DNA of 64,000 nucleotides from Anaeromyxobacteraceae bacterium (GCA_032654565.1 JAULAX010000017.1:708998-772997), one strand, 5' to 3'. Shown: positions 30,368-41,022, counted from the stretch's first letter. Notes: generated by a model from the sequence alone, not told the origin. Translations and numbers: made by a program.

Positions 30368-32608
30368 TCAGCTGCCACCCCCGACCGGCAGGGTGACGGT
30401 CACGGTGGTCCCCTCCCCGGCCACGCTCTCCACCTCGACGCCGCCGCCCAGCCCCTGGGCGATCCCCTGCGCCACCGGGAGACCAAGCCCCTTCCCCTGC
30501 CCGACCGGCCGGGTGGTGAAGAACGGCTCGAAGATCCTGGGCAGGTCCTCCGGCGAGATGCCCCTGCCGGTGTCGGCGATCCGCACCACCACCCGGTCCC
30601 CGCGCCGCTCGGCGCTCACTCGCACCTGGTTCGGCCGCGCCACCTCGGCCTGCTCGGCGTTGACCAGCAGGCACCCGAAGAGCTGCACCAGCTCGGTCTC
30701 GCTGCCCACCACCGAGGGGAGCGGCGGCAGGTCCACCGCCACGGTGGTGCCATCCTGCACGGCGTGGTGCGCCACCCGCACCGCCCGGTCGAGGGCGCTG
30801 GCCAGGTCGCACCGGGCATCATCGGAGTGCTGGCCCAGGGCGAAGGAGCGCAGGTCGGCCACCAGGTCTCGCACCCTGCGAGCCCCCCGGGCGGCGTCGT
30901 CGAGCGCCGCTTGCGCCTCCAGCAGGCTCCCGTCGCCCCGGGCTCGCCAGGCGGCCAGCACCGGCTCTGGGAGGGCGAGGAGCTGAGCCTTGACGTAGTC
31001 GATGCCGGCAAGGACCGGGGTGAGCGGGTTGTTGATCTCGTGGGCCATGCCGGCCGCCAGCGTGCCCAGCGCCGCGCCGCGCTCGGAGCGTGCCACCCGG
31101 GCCAGCTGCGCCCCCCGCTCCTCCTCGGCCACCTTGCGCTCGGTGATGTCGATGCAGGAGCCGATGAAGCCGGCGAAGGTCCCGGCCTCGTCAAAGAGGG
31201 GCTCGCCCGAGTCGAGGAGCCAGCGGTACCGGCCGTCGTGGCGCCGCAGGCGGTACTCCATGGTGAACGGCCGGCGACGGTCGAAGTGGCCGACGTAGAC
31301 GTCGAGGCAGCGCTGCAGATCGTCGGGGTGGACCCCCTCGGACCAGCCGTTCCCCTGCTCCTGCTCCAGGCTCCGCCCGGTGAACTCCAGCCACTGCCGG
31401 TTGAACCAGGTGCAGCCCCGGTCCAGCCCGGACATCCAGATCAGCACCGGCGCGCCGTCGGCCATGGTGCGGAAGCGCTGCTCGGAGACCAGCAGGTCCC
31501 GGTGGGCCTCGAGCAGCTCCCGGGTCATGCCGCGGGCCAGCCGGGTGGCCTGGTCACGGCCCCTGGCCAGGACCCAGGTCAGCGCGGCCAGGAGGAGTCC
31601 GGTGGCGAGGCCGCCGAAGGCCAGCAACGGCCGGGTGGCGCGCTCCAGCCGGGCACCGAAGGTGGGACCGGCCTGGACCTCCAGCGTCCAGCTCCGCCCG
31701 GCCACCTGCAGCGCCCGCCGGGCCTCGAGGCGCGCCCCGGCCGACGCGGTGGTGGTCCCGACGCCTCCGCTGTCGAACAGGAGCCCGGCGGCCGCGGCCC
31801 CGTCCCCGTCGTGGATCCGCGTGACCAGCTCCGGCCCGCGCTCGCCGAGGATCCCGGCCATCAGGTCGTTCATCCGGAACGGCATGTAGACCCAGCCCAC
31901 CAGCCGCCGACGCCGCTCCGCCGCGTCCTGGGGCGCCGCTCCCTGGGTGTAGACCGGCAGGTACATGAGGACGCCCGCCTGGACGTCGATGTCGGTCTCC
32001 TGCACCAGCCTGACCTTCCCGGAGAGCGCGGCCCGCCCCTGGTCCCGGGCCCGCTCCATGGCCTCGCGCCGGACCGGCTCGGCGAACATGTCGAAGCCGA
32101 AGGCCCGCAGGTTGCGGCCGCTGAACGGCTCGACGAAGACGATGGACGTGTACGGATCTCGCAGGCCGGGAGGCCAGACGGCGTAATCGAGGAAGCCCTC
32201 TCGCCGAACCTCGCGGGTGTGGTGGGCCAGCCCGGCGGCGGGCACGGCGACGGCGAAGGCCACCCCCTGGATCCCCGGATAGTTCTCCTCGAGGTGGAGC
32301 GAGGCGACATAGTCACGAAACTCGGAGCGCTCGACCTGGTGGGAGGAGGTGAAGAGGCCGGCGGCGCCGCGAAGCACCTGCTCGTGGGCCATCATCCGCT
32401 GGGTGATGCGCCGCTCGACGTCGCGGACCCGGTAGTCGAAGTCGGCGCGCAGCGCCCGTTCCTCGGCGACGCCGGCACGCTCCCAGGCCACCCAGGTCGC
32501 CCCGAGGGCCGCGGCGAGCACGAACCCGGCCGCCAGCGGGGCCAGCGGCACCCCCAGCCGGCCCGGCGGGGGGACTGGTTCCGGCGAAACGCTCGATGCC
32601 ACCGACAT
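30368..32608 (-). CDS. CHASE-PAS sensor histidine kinase
   Basis: CHASE (YPGIQG, N.RAFGFDM, LVQE), PAS/PAC, AHEINNPL, DTGRG, FFTT..GLGL; start approximate. Confidence 0.85.
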   Translation of the reverse strand: MSVASSVSPEPVPPPGRLGVPLAPLAAGFVLAAALGATWVAWERAGVAEERALRADFDYRVRDVERRITQRMMAHEQVLRGAAGLFTSSHQVERSEFRDYVASLHLEENYPGIQGVAFAVAVPAAGLAHHTREVRREGFLDYAVWPPGLRDPYTSIVFVEPFSGRNLRAFGFDMFAEPVRREAMERARDQGRAALSGKVRLVQETDIDVQAGVLMYLPVYTQGAAPQDAAERRRRLVGWVYMPFRMNDLMAGILGERGPELVTRIHDGDGAAAAGLLFDSGGVGTTTASAGARLEARRALQVAGRSWTLEVQAGPTFGARLERATRPLLAFGGLATGLLLAALTWVLARGRDQATRLARGMTRELLEAHRDLLVSEQRFRTMADGAPVLIWMSGLDRGCTWFNRQWLEFTGRSLEQEQGNGWSEGVHPDDLQRCLDVYVGHFDRRRPFTMEYRLRRHDGRYRWLLDSGEPLFDEAGTFAGFIGSCIDITERKVAEEERGAQLARVARSERGAALGTLAAGMAHEINNPLTPVLAGIDYVKAQLLALPEPVLAAWRARGDGSLLEAQAALDDAARGARRVRDLVADLRSFALGQHSDDARCDLASALDRAVRVAHHAVQDGTTVAVDLPPLPSVVGSETELVQLFGCLLVNAEQAEVARPNQVRVSAERRGDRVVVRIADTGRGISPEDLPRIFEPFFTTRPVGQGKGLGLPVAQGIAQGLGGGVEVESVAGEGTTVTVTLPVGGGS

Positions 32609-32914
32609 CACCCGTCCCGACCACGGTCGCGCTTGGCCCGACGCCAACCAGGAGGTCTCCAGCGACGCCGTATCGCCGACCCCGAGCGCAAGCCTACCAG
32701 CACCCGGAGGTGATCGCAGCTTGGCCGTCGGCCAGGGTACCGTCGGCGGCGATTCCGAGCAGCCCCGGATCGGGCTTCCACGGCGCGGCGGCGGCGTGGT
32801 TGGCGCGGCCCGGATCGACCCGACCCAAGCCACGGGATCGACGCTGCGCCTGCGCGGCGCGTCATTTCGTGCCCGGACGAATCGGGTACAGTTGATTTCT
32901 CTCCTGGAGGCCAA

Positions 32915-34048
32915 ATGGACCGCCGCGACTTCCTGAAGAGCACGGCCGCCGCAGGGATCGCCGGCACAGGGCTGGTCACCCCCGACCGGGCCCGCGCTGC
33001 GCTGCCCCCGCCTGCCAGCTCCTCCGCGGACCTCGACCGCTTCATCTCCCGCTTCGACCGCGGGCTCCAGGCCATCGACCGCGGCAGCCTGCTGGCCGGC
33101 CTGCTCCCGCCCGGAGTCAGGCTCGACGGCCCGCGCGCCAGGGAGGGCGAGGCGCTCTTCCGCCGCTCGCTCCGGACCCTCTACGCCACCGGGAGTTTCC
33201 TGGAGCTGGCGCCGGCCGACCAGCTCCACCCCGGCGTGCAGTCGCGCCTGCGCGGCCTGCTGCCGGAGATCGACGGGACCGTGGAGGCCCACCAGCGGCT
33301 CCTGGCCGGGCTCCGCCCCGAGGACCACGCCACGCTGCAGCGCCACCTGCAGGGTGATCCCGGCCTGCCGCTGCGGCTGGCCGAGATGCTCGACGACGCC
33401 GCCATCGCCAACGACCTGGCCCTGTCGAAGCGGGGCCGGCTCCGGCTGGCGGCCACCGAGATGGGCACCCGGCTGCGCACCCAGCCCCCGTCGCTGTTCA
33501 TCGGCGAGTACCTGGAGAAGGCGCGGCGCATGCAGGAGCGGGACGCCGACGCCGGCGCCACCGAACGGGTGCTGATGGCCCGGCTCGGCGAGGAGGGGTT
33601 CTGGGAGTACCGGAGCTGGGCCGAGCGTGAGGCGCTGGCCTGGCGCGAGCGGCTGGCCGCCGAGGGCTCGGCCGGCGACGAGCCGGGCGGTGCCACCCCG
33701 ATCGCCGACGAGGGCGCCATGCCACCCTCGGCGAAGATGGCCCGGAGCGGGGCCCGGCTGCTCGGCATCGGCACGCTGGTGGGCGGCCTGTGCGCGCTGA
33801 CCCAGCTGGGAGGCATGAACGCGCTCATCTTCGGCGTCACCGTCGGCGTGGTGCTGATGCTGATCGGGCTGGTCCTGCTCCTGGCCGCCGGGGCCCGGCG
33901 CATCGGCGAGCGCTCCGACGACCTGCTCGACGCCGACGGCAACCTGCGCCCCGAGTTCCGCGCCGCCCCCGCGCCCGCGCCTGAGCCCGCGCCACCGCCA
34001 CCGACCCCGGCCCCTCCCCCGCCACAGAGCCCGTTGCCGCCGCAGTAG
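32915..34048 (+). CDS. Tat-exported hypothetical protein with two C-terminal TM helices
   Basis: MDRRDFLK twin-arginine signal; RBS GGAGG. Confidence 0.75.
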   Translation: MDRRDFLKSTAAAGIAGTGLVTPDRARAALPPPASSSADLDRFISRFDRGLQAIDRGSLLAGLLPPGVRLDGPRAREGEALFRRSLRTLYATGSFLELAPADQLHPGVQSRLRGLLPEIDGTVEAHQRLLAGLRPEDHATLQRHLQGDPGLPLRLAEMLDDAAIANDLALSKRGRLRLAATEMGTRLRTQPPSLFIGEYLEKARRMQERDADAGATERVLMARLGEEGFWEYRSWAEREALAWRERLAAEGSAGDEPGGATPIADEGAMPPSAKMARSGARLLGIGTLVGGLCALTQLGGMNALIFGVTVGVVLMLIGLVLLLAAGARRIGERSDDLLDADGNLRPEFRAAPAPAPEPAPPPPTPAPPPPQSPLPPQ

Positions 34049-34084
34049 CCGCCGCCCCGCGCCGCGCTCCGCCCGCCCGACTTC

Positions 34085-36220
34085 GTGCCGCCGCCACCTC
34101 GACCACGCCACGCCGCCGTGACGGGAGTCGGCGCCGTCAGCGCGCTCGGCCACGGGGTGCCGGCGCTCTGGGGCGCCATCGAGGCCGGCCGCGACGGCTT
34201 CTCTCCCGTGGAGCGCTTCCCGCTCGAGGGCTTCGCGGTCCGCATCGCCGGCACCGTGCCGGGCACCTCCACGCTCCCCGCCGGCGGGCTGGGGGAGCTC
34301 TGCGCCCGCATCGCCTGGCAGGCGGCCCGCGAGGCGCTCGACCAGGCGAGGGCCGGCCCCGCCGGGGTCCCGGCCCACCGCATCGCCCTGGTGCTCGGCA
34401 CCAGCCTGGCCGCCGGGAACGAGGGGCTGCACCGGCTGGCCGAGGCGCTCGGCGACCTGCTCCAGATCGCCGGGCCGCGCCTCACCGTCTCCACCGCCTG
34501 CGCCTCCTCCACCACCTCCCTCGGCGTCGGCCGCGACCTGCTGGCCGCCGGGCTCGCCGACCTGGTGCTGGCCGGCGGCGCCGACGTGCTCTCCGACCAG
34601 CTCTTCGCCGGCTTCCACGCCCTCGGCGTCCTCTCCGCCGGGCCCTGCGCCCCCTTCAGCGAGCCGCCCGGCACCACGCTCGGCGAGGGGGCCGGCTTCC
34701 TGGTGCTGGAGCGCCAGGCCGACGCCGCGGCCCGCGGGGTGGCGCCGCTCGGCTGGATCCTCGGCCACGGCCTCTCCGCCGACGCCTACCACCCCACCTC
34801 GCCCGACCCGACCGGCGCCGGGGTGGCCCGGGCCCTGCGCGCCGCCCTGGCCGACGCCGGCGTCGAGCCGGCCGCGGTGGGCTACTACAACGCCCACGGC
34901 ACCGGCACCGCCGCCAACGACCCGGCCGAGTGGCAGGCGCTGCAGTCGGTCTTCGGCGAGGTGGCGGCCCGCCTCCCGGTCAGCTCCTCGAAGAGCTTCC
35001 TCGGCCACGCCCAGGGGGCGGCCGGCGTGCTCGAGGCCATCTGCACGCTGGAGGGGCTGCGCCGCGGCCGGCTGCCGCCCACGCTCCACCACACCCGCCC
35101 CCGGCCGCGCTCCCCGGTCGACGCCATCCCCGGCCCCGGCCCGCGCCCCAGCGAGGCCCGGGTGGCGGCCTCGGGCAGCTCGGCCTTCGGCGGCGCCAAC
35201 GCCTCGCTGGTGCTGGCCCGCGCCGACGCCCGCCTGCCGCCGCCGGCGCCCGACCGGCCGGTGCGGCTCATCGGTGGCGGGGTGGTCGGGCCGTTCGGCC
35301 AGGAGCTGGGAGCGCTGGCGCGGCTGCTCGCCGAAGGCCGGCAGGCCGCCGGCCCCACCCCGCCCCCCGACCTGCGGGCGCTCCTCCCCGCCGCCGATCC
35401 GCGCGGGCTCGACCCCTCCTCGCGCTTCCTCGCCGCCGCGGCGGCGCTGGCCCTGGCCGACGCCGGGGTGCAGGTGCGCGGCCCGCTGCGCGACCGGACC
35501 GGCCTCCTCGCCGGCATCGCCCGCCTCTCCCCGTCCTGCGTGGAGGCCTTCGAGCGCTCCATCCGCGAGCGCGGCCTGGCCCGCCTCGACGCCACCGCCT
35601 TCACCCACATGGTGCTCAACGCCCCGGCCGGCGCCTGCGCCCGGCTGCTGCAGCTGCGCGGGCCTTCCACCGTGTTGACCACCGGCCCGGGCAGCGGCCT
35701 GGCCGCGGTGGTGATGGCCGCCGACCTGCTGGCCCACGGCGAGGGGGCCGACCTGCTCCTGGCCGGCGGCCTCGACGAGCTCACCGACGCCGAGCGGGCG
35801 CTCCGTGATGGCCGCGCCGAGGGGGCGAGCTGCGCGCTGCTGGCGGGGCCGGGCCATCTGGCGGCGGACCATCCGGCGGCGGGGCGCGCCGTCCGGGTGG
35901 CTGGCTGGGGGCTGGCCGGGCCGGGCAGGCTGGACGACGCGGTGGCGGCGGCGCTGGCCCGGGCCGGGCTCGAGCCGGGCGAGGTGTCGCTGGCCTTCGG
36001 CGAGGCCGAGCCGTCGGTGCTGGCCGGGGCGCTGGCCCCGGGGACGCGGGTGGTCCGCCCCTCGGCCGCCGCCGGGCGGGCCGACGGAGCCGGCGGGGTC
36101 ACCGCGGTGCTGCTCGCGGCCAGGGCGATCTGGCAGGATGGTCAGGCCGCGGCGCTGGCGGTGTCGGACCAGGGGCGCTCCACCTCCAGCGCCGTGCTGC
36201 TCACCCGGGGAGAGGCCTGA
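34085..36220 (+). CDS. Beta-ketoacyl-ACP synthase: active KS fused to an inactive KS/chain-length-factor-like domain
   Basis: STACASS, NAHGTGT, KSFLGHAQGAAG; second domain has F...VLNAPAG but no Cys/His/His triad. Confidence 0.85.
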   Translation: MPPPPRPRHAAVTGVGAVSALGHGVPALWGAIEAGRDGFSPVERFPLEGFAVRIAGTVPGTSTLPAGGLGELCARIAWQAAREALDQARAGPAGVPAHRIALVLGTSLAAGNEGLHRLAEALGDLLQIAGPRLTVSTACASSTTSLGVGRDLLAAGLADLVLAGGADVLSDQLFAGFHALGVLSAGPCAPFSEPPGTTLGEGAGFLVLERQADAAARGVAPLGWILGHGLSADAYHPTSPDPTGAGVARALRAALADAGVEPAAVGYYNAHGTGTAANDPAEWQALQSVFGEVAARLPVSSSKSFLGHAQGAAGVLEAICTLEGLRRGRLPPTLHHTRPRPRSPVDAIPGPGPRPSEARVAASGSSAFGGANASLVLARADARLPPPAPDRPVRLIGGGVVGPFGQELGALARLLAEGRQAAGPTPPPDLRALLPAADPRGLDPSSRFLAAAAALALADAGVQVRGPLRDRTGLLAGIARLSPSCVEAFERSIRERGLARLDATAFTHMVLNAPAGACARLLQLRGPSTVLTTGPGSGLAAVVMAADLLAHGEGADLLLAGGLDELTDAERALRDGRAEGASCALLAGPGHLAADHPAAGRAVRVAGWGLAGPGRLDDAVAAALARAGLEPGEVSLAFGEAEPSVLAGALAPGTRVVRPSAAAGRADGAGGVTAVLLAARAIWQDGQAAALAVSDQGRSTSSAVLLTRGEA

Positions 36221-36513
36221 TGACCAGACCGCTGCAGGACCGGCTGGCGGAGCGGGGCCGCGCCCTCGACGAGCTGCGGCGCATCCTCATCGAGCGGCTC
36301 CGGGTGGAGCGTGAGCCCGACGAGATCGACCCCGACGTCCCGCTCTTCGGCACCGGCCTGGGGCTCGACTCGGTGGACGCCGTGGAGCTGGTGATCTCGG
36401 TGGAGGAGGCCTTCCAGGTCCGCATCCCCGACGACGACCGGGCCCGGCGGGCCATGCGCACCGTCAACACGCTGGTGGACTTCGTGCTGGCCCAGCGCGC
36501 GGAGGCGGCGTGA
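36220..36513 (+). CDS. Acyl carrier protein
   Basis: GLGLDSVDAVEL phosphopantetheine motif. Confidence 0.92.
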   Translation: MTRPLQDRLAERGRALDELRRILIERLRVEREPDEIDPDVPLFGTGLGLDSVDAVELVISVEEAFQVRIPDDDRARRAMRTVNTLVDFVLAQRAEAA

Positions 36514-37556
36514 GCGCCGGCTACCGGGCGCTGCGGGGCTCGGCGGCGCTGGCCGACGGCGCCCACCTGCACGCCCTGCGGGTGGCCGGGCCGGGGGCCT
36601 TCGAGCTGCTCGACCGGGCCTGCGGCCGCGACCTCTACCTGCAGAGCGGCCGGCTGCTCCACGGCCTGGCGCTGCGCGAGGACGGCACCCCGCTCGCCGA
36701 CCTCTACCTCGGCGCCGACGACGACGCCTTCCTGCTGCTCGCCGAAGGGGACCGCCGGCAGCTGCTCGACCACCTGGAGCTGGCCCGCCCGGCCGGGTCG
36801 ACGGCCACGGTGCAGGACCTGGGCGAGGAGGCCGGGGTGCTGACGCTGGCCGGCCCGTACGCCTGGGAGCTGCTCGGCGAGGTGCTGGGGCCCGAGGTGA
36901 TCGGCCTGCCCTACCTGACCTTCATGCAGCTGGGCGGCGTCACCTGCCTGCGCACCGGCAAGACCGGCGAGTTCGGCTTCGACCTGCTGGTGCCGCGCGC
37001 CGGGCTGCCCGGGCTGCGGGCCCGGCTCCTGGAGGCCGGCCGGGCCTTCGACCTGGCCGAGGCCACGCTCGACGACCTCGACCAGGCGGCGCTGGAGAAC
37101 TGGTTCTTCAACGTCCGCCGGGAGGGGGCCGCCGGCCTGACCCCGCTCGAGCTGCAGCTGCAGTGGCGGGTCTCGCGCCGCAAGGTCTTCACCGGGTCGG
37201 CGGCCCTGGAGGCGCGGCGGCGCGCCGGGCTGCGCCAGCGGGTCACCACCGCCCTCTCGCCGGCGCCGGTGAAGGCCGGCGAGGCGCTGCGCCACGACGG
37301 GGCCGCGGTGGGGGTGGTGCTCAACGCCGGCCACTGCGCGCCGCGCGGCGCCTGGGTGGCGCTCTGCCTGCTCGACCTGGCGCTGGCCTCGCCCGGGGTG
37401 GGGCTGGTCGCCGAGGGCGGGGCGCCGCTCCTCACCACCTCGCCGCCGGTGCTCGCCAACCGCAGCCTCTTCGTCAGCCCGCAGCGCCACGCCTGGGCCA
37501 CCCGCGCCCGGGACACCTTCCCGCCGCTCTGCGAGGGGGCCGATGCGCCGCTTTGA
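36510..37556 (+). CDS. GcvT/aminomethyltransferase-fold protein
   Basis: Y.ALR....., LRVAGPGAF.LL, L.GP.AW..L, RTGKTGEFGFDL, LEN.F, TPLEL.L.W. Confidence 0.8.
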   Translation: MSAGYRALRGSAALADGAHLHALRVAGPGAFELLDRACGRDLYLQSGRLLHGLALREDGTPLADLYLGADDDAFLLLAEGDRRQLLDHLELARPAGSTATVQDLGEEAGVLTLAGPYAWELLGEVLGPEVIGLPYLTFMQLGGVTCLRTGKTGEFGFDLLVPRAGLPGLRARLLEAGRAFDLAEATLDDLDQAALENWFFNVRREGAAGLTPLELQLQWRVSRRKVFTGSAALEARRRAGLRQRVTTALSPAPVKAGEALRHDGAAVGVVLNAGHCAPRGAWVALCLLDLALASPGVGLVAEGGAPLLTTSPPVLANRSLFVSPQRHAWATRARDTFPPLCEGADAPL

Positions 37557-38289
37557 GGGACGGACGGTGCTGGTGACCGGCGGCTCGCGCGGCCTGGGGC
37601 GGGCCATCGCCGAGGCCTTCGCCGCCGAGGGGGCCCACGTCGGCATCGGCTACCTGGCCCGCGAGGCCGAGGCCGAGAAGGTGCTGGCGGCGGTGCGTGC
37701 CACCGGCGGGGAGGGGACGCTGCTCCGCTTCGACGTCCGGCTCCCCGCCGAGGTGGAGGCCGCGGTGCAGGCGCTGGTGGCGGCCCGCGGCGGGCTCGAC
37801 GTGCTGGTCAACAACGCCGGGGTGGCGCGCGACGGTCCCGCCGCCCTCATGCCCGCCGAGGACTTCACCGAGGTGCTCTCGGTCAACCTGGCCGGCGCCT
37901 TCCACGCCACCCGGGCGGCGCTGCGCCACATGCTGGCGGCGCGGCGCGGCGCCATCGTCAACGTGGCCTCGCTGGCCGGCGAGCGGGCCAGCCCCGGCCA
38001 GTCCAACTACGCCGCCTCCAAGGGCGGGCTGCTCGCCTACACCCGCACCGTGGCTGCCGAGGTGGCGCGCGGCGGGGTGCGCGTCAACGCCGTGGTGCCG
38101 GGGCTGCTCACCGCCGGGCTGGCGGCGCGGCTCGACCGGCGGGTGGTCGAGGCCCGGCGCCAGGCCATCCCCGCCGGCCGGCTCGGCGAGCCGGACGAGG
38201 TGGCCCGGGCCGTGCTGTTCCTGGCCTCCGACGAGGCCAGCTACGTGATCGGCCAGGCGCTGGCGGTCGACGGTGGGCTGGCGCTGTGA
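37543..38289 (+). CDS. fabG: 3-oxoacyl-ACP reductase
   Basis: TGGSRGLG, NNAG, GQSNYAASKGG, IP.GR.G. Confidence 0.85.
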   Translation: MRRFEGRTVLVTGGSRGLGRAIAEAFAAEGAHVGIGYLAREAEAEKVLAAVRATGGEGTLLRFDVRLPAEVEAAVQALVAARGGLDVLVNNAGVARDGPAALMPAEDFTEVLSVNLAGAFHATRAALRHMLAARRGAIVNVASLAGERASPGQSNYAASKGGLLAYTRTVAAEVARGGVRVNAVVPGLLTAGLAARLDRRVVEARRQAIPAGRLGEPDEVARAVLFLASDEASYVIGQALAVDGGLAL

Positions 38290-39221
38290 TGGCGCCACTC
38301 ACCGCGAACCGGCCGCGCCTCACCCTGGCGCTCTTCCCCGGGCAGGGGGCCGAGGAGCCGCGCATGGGGCTGGCCCTGGCGGCCGCCTTCCCGCCGGCGG
38401 CGGCGCTGCTGGCGCTGGCCGGCGAGCTGGCCGGGGTCGAGCCGCTCTCGCTGCTGGCCCGCGGCGGCCCGGCGCTGGGGCGCACCGAGGTGCTGCAGCC
38501 GCTGCTGGTGGCGGTGGCGCTGGGCGCCTTCCGGGCCGCGGCGGCGGCCGGGCTGCGGCCGGGGCTGGTGGCCGGCCACTCGCTCGGCGAGCTGGCCGCC
38601 TGGAGCGCCAGCGGCGCCATCGACGACGAGGCGGCGGTGAGGCTGGCGGCGCGCCGGGGGAAGCTGATGGCCGCCGAGGCGACGCGCGCCCCAGGGGCCA
38701 TGGCGGTCTTCGCCGACGAGGCGGCGCTGGCGGCGGCGCTGGCGGCCGGACGGCCCCACGGCCAGCTCGGGCTGGCGGCGCAGAACGCCCCCGACGAGTG
38801 GGTGGTCTCCGGGGCCGAGGCGGCGGTGGCCGCGGCGCTGCGGGCCGTCCCGGGGCGGCGGCTCCGCGTCGCCGGGGCCTGGCACTCGCCGGCCATGTCA
38901 CCGGCGGTGGAGCCCTTCCGGGAGGCGGCCCGGGCGGTGCGGCGCGCCCCCGCCGGCGCGGCGCTGCTCTCCGGCGTCACCGGGGCGCTGGTGGAGGAGG
39001 AGGGGCGCGTCCCCGACCTGCTCGCCGAGGCGCTGCTCGCCCCCATCCAGTTCACCCGCCTGCTCTCCGAGGCGCTGCGGCGCGGCGTCACCGACGTGGT
39101 GGTGCTCGGCCCGCCCAAGGTGGTGCGCGGGCTGGTGCGCCGCTCCCTCGGCCCCCTCCCCGTCCACGTGGTCTGCGATCCCGGCGACGCCGGCCGGGTC
39201 GCCGAGGTGCTCGCCGCATGA
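38289..39221 (+). CDS. fabD: ACP S-malonyltransferase-like acyltransferase
   Basis: FPGQG, GHSLGE, R..LM, GAWHS. Confidence 0.8.
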   Translation: MAPLTANRPRLTLALFPGQGAEEPRMGLALAAAFPPAAALLALAGELAGVEPLSLLARGGPALGRTEVLQPLLVAVALGAFRAAAAAGLRPGLVAGHSLGELAAWSASGAIDDEAAVRLAARRGKLMAAEATRAPGAMAVFADEAALAAALAAGRPHGQLGLAAQNAPDEWVVSGAEAAVAAALRAVPGRRLRVAGAWHSPAMSPAVEPFREAARAVRRAPAGAALLSGVTGALVEEEGRVPDLLAEALLAPIQFTRLLSEALRRGVTDVVVLGPPKVVRGLVRRSLGPLPVHVVCDPGDAGRVAEVLAA

Positions 39222-39835
39222 CCGATCCGCTCGCCTCGACCGCCCTGGAGCTGGGGGCCGACCTGCTGCAGTTCCTTCTGCCCCACCGCCGTCCCTTCGT
39301 GATGGTGGACGGGGTGCAGGAGTTCACCCGCGCCCCGCGCCTCTCGGTCCGCGCCAGCCGCCAGGTCAGCGCCAACGAGCCGGTCTTCGAGGGGCACTTC
39401 CCCGGGCTGCACCTCTGGCCGGGCGTCTACACCATCGAGGGGCTGGGCCAGGCCTGCAACGTGGCGCTGGTGCTGGAGGGGCTCTGCGCCCACTTCGAGC
39501 GGAGCGGCTCCGACGAGGCGGCGCTGCGCGCCTCGCTGCGCAACGCCGAGCTGGGCTTCCGGCTCCAGCCCGGCTTCCGGCCGGAGCTGCTCGAGCTGAT
39601 CCGGGCCGCCGTCACCGACCCGTCCGCCACCATGGGCTTCAGCGCCCACGTCGACGTGAAGTTCACCGAGCCGGTCTTCGCCGGCTCCCGGCTCGACTAC
39701 CGGGTGACGCGCACCCACACCGTGGGGGCGCTGGACCGCTTCGACGTGGAGGCGCAGGTGGCGGGGCGGACGGTGGCGCGCGGCACCATGAGCGCGGCCC
39801 GCCGCTCGCTCGGCCCCGGCGGCTGGGTGCCGTGA
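39218..39835 (+). CDS. 3-hydroxyacyl-ACP dehydratase (FabZ-like, with internal insertion)
   Basis: LPHRRPF..VD, FEGHFPG...PGV..IE.LGQ, VKF..PV. Confidence 0.82.
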   Translation: MTDPLASTALELGADLLQFLLPHRRPFVMVDGVQEFTRAPRLSVRASRQVSANEPVFEGHFPGLHLWPGVYTIEGLGQACNVALVLEGLCAHFERSGSDEAALRASLRNAELGFRLQPGFRPELLELIRAAVTDPSATMGFSAHVDVKFTEPVFAGSRLDYRVTRTHTVGALDRFDVEAQVAGRTVARGTMSAARRSLGPGGWVP

Positions 39836-41022
39836 GCGCCGCCGGCCGGCCCCGGCCACGCCGCTGGGCGCTGGTCGCCCTCACCGCGGCGCTGGCGCTC
39901 CTCCTCGTCTTCGCCGCCGGCTGCCGCGCCGTGGTCTGGTTCGGCCACGACGAGGCGCGCCGGCGGCTGCTGGAGGTGGAGCGGTCGCAGAGCGGCCAGC
40001 GGGTGCTGGTGGACGGGGCCGCCGGCCCCAGCTTCGACGGCGTCGCCCCCGGCGGCCTGGTGCAGGGGGCCAACGGCCGGCTCGCCTATCCGGCCCGCCG
40101 CGGCGCCGCCTGGCACCTGGTCGATGGCGGGCGGATCGGGCCGGCCTGGGAAGGGATCGGCGAGGTGGCCATGGCACCGGGCGGCGCGGCGCTGGCCTAC
40201 ACCGCCGAGCGGGCCGGTCGCTGGCGGGTGGTGCGCGACGGCGTCGAGGGGCCCGCCTTCGAGGCGGTGCTGGCCAGGTCGCTCCGCTGGGACGTGGACG
40301 GTCAGCACCTGGCCTACGCCGCCGTCGAGGCGGGCGCGGTTCGGGTGGTGGCGGACGGCCTGGCCGGGCCGGCCTTCGACGGCGTGGCCGGCCTGAAGGT
40401 GGCGAGCGACGGCACGGTGGCCTACCGGGCCCGGCGCGGGGAGCTGCCGTGGGTGGTGATCGGCCCGCAGGTCCGCCCGGCCGGCGAGGCGGCCGACCTG
40501 CTGGCGCTGGCGCCGCGCGGCGGTCGGGTGGCCTGGGCGGAGCGGCGCGACGGCCGCTGGCGGGTGGTGGTGGACGGCCTCGACGTCACCGAGGGGGACG
40601 AGGTGGTGGCGGTGGCCGCCGACGGCCAGCGGTGGGGGGCCATCCTGCGCCGGGGCGGCCGCTGCCTGGTGCTGGTGGACGGCGCCGAGGTGGGCGAGGA
40701 GCCAGAGGCCGAGGACCTGCAGCTGGCCGGCCCCCACGTGGCCTGGCTGGCGAGGCGGCCGGGGGGGCAGGCGGTGGTGGTGGACGGTGTGGCCCGCCGC
40801 TTCGACGTGCTGGTGGAGGGGACGCTGGTGCTCGGCGAGGACGGGCGCTGGGCGGTGGTGGCCGGCGACGCCGCGGCGCGGCGGGTGGAGCTGCTGGTGG
40901 ACGGCCTCCCGGTGGAGCGATTCGACTTCGCCGAGGCGGCGCTGGCGGGCGACGCCGGGACCGGCACGGCCCGGGCCTGGGCGGCGGCGGCGCTGGCCAG
41001 GGAGCGCGCCGCCGGGCGTTGA
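39832..41022 (+). CDS. Exported beta-propeller-like repeat protein
   Basis: N-terminal signal/possible lipobox; repeated LAY.A..G.W.VV.DG..GP.FD units. Confidence 0.65.
   Translation: MSAAGRPRPRRWALVALTAALALLLVFAAGCRAVVWFGHDEARRRLLEVERSQSGQRVLVDGAAGPSFDGVAPGGLVQGANGRLAYPARRGAAWHLVDGGRIGPAWEGIGEVAMAPGGAALAYTAERAGRWRVVRDGVEGPAFEAVLARSLRWDVDGQHLAYAAVEAGAVRVVADGLAGPAFDGVAGLKVASDGTVAYRARRGELPWVVIGPQVRPAGEAADLLALAPRGGRVAWAERRDGRWRVVVDGLDVTEGDEVVAVAADGQRWGAILRRGGRCLVLVDGAEVGEEPEAEDLQLAGPHVAWLARRPGGQAVVVDGVARRFDVLVEGTLVLGEDGRWAVVAGDAAARRVELLVDGLPVERFDFAEAALAGDAGTGTARAWAAAALARERAAGR

Noticed and set aside
36510..37556. Canonical glycine cleavage system gcvT
   Set aside because: No gcvH/gcvP nearby, divergent sequence, and embedded in an acyl-ACP operon
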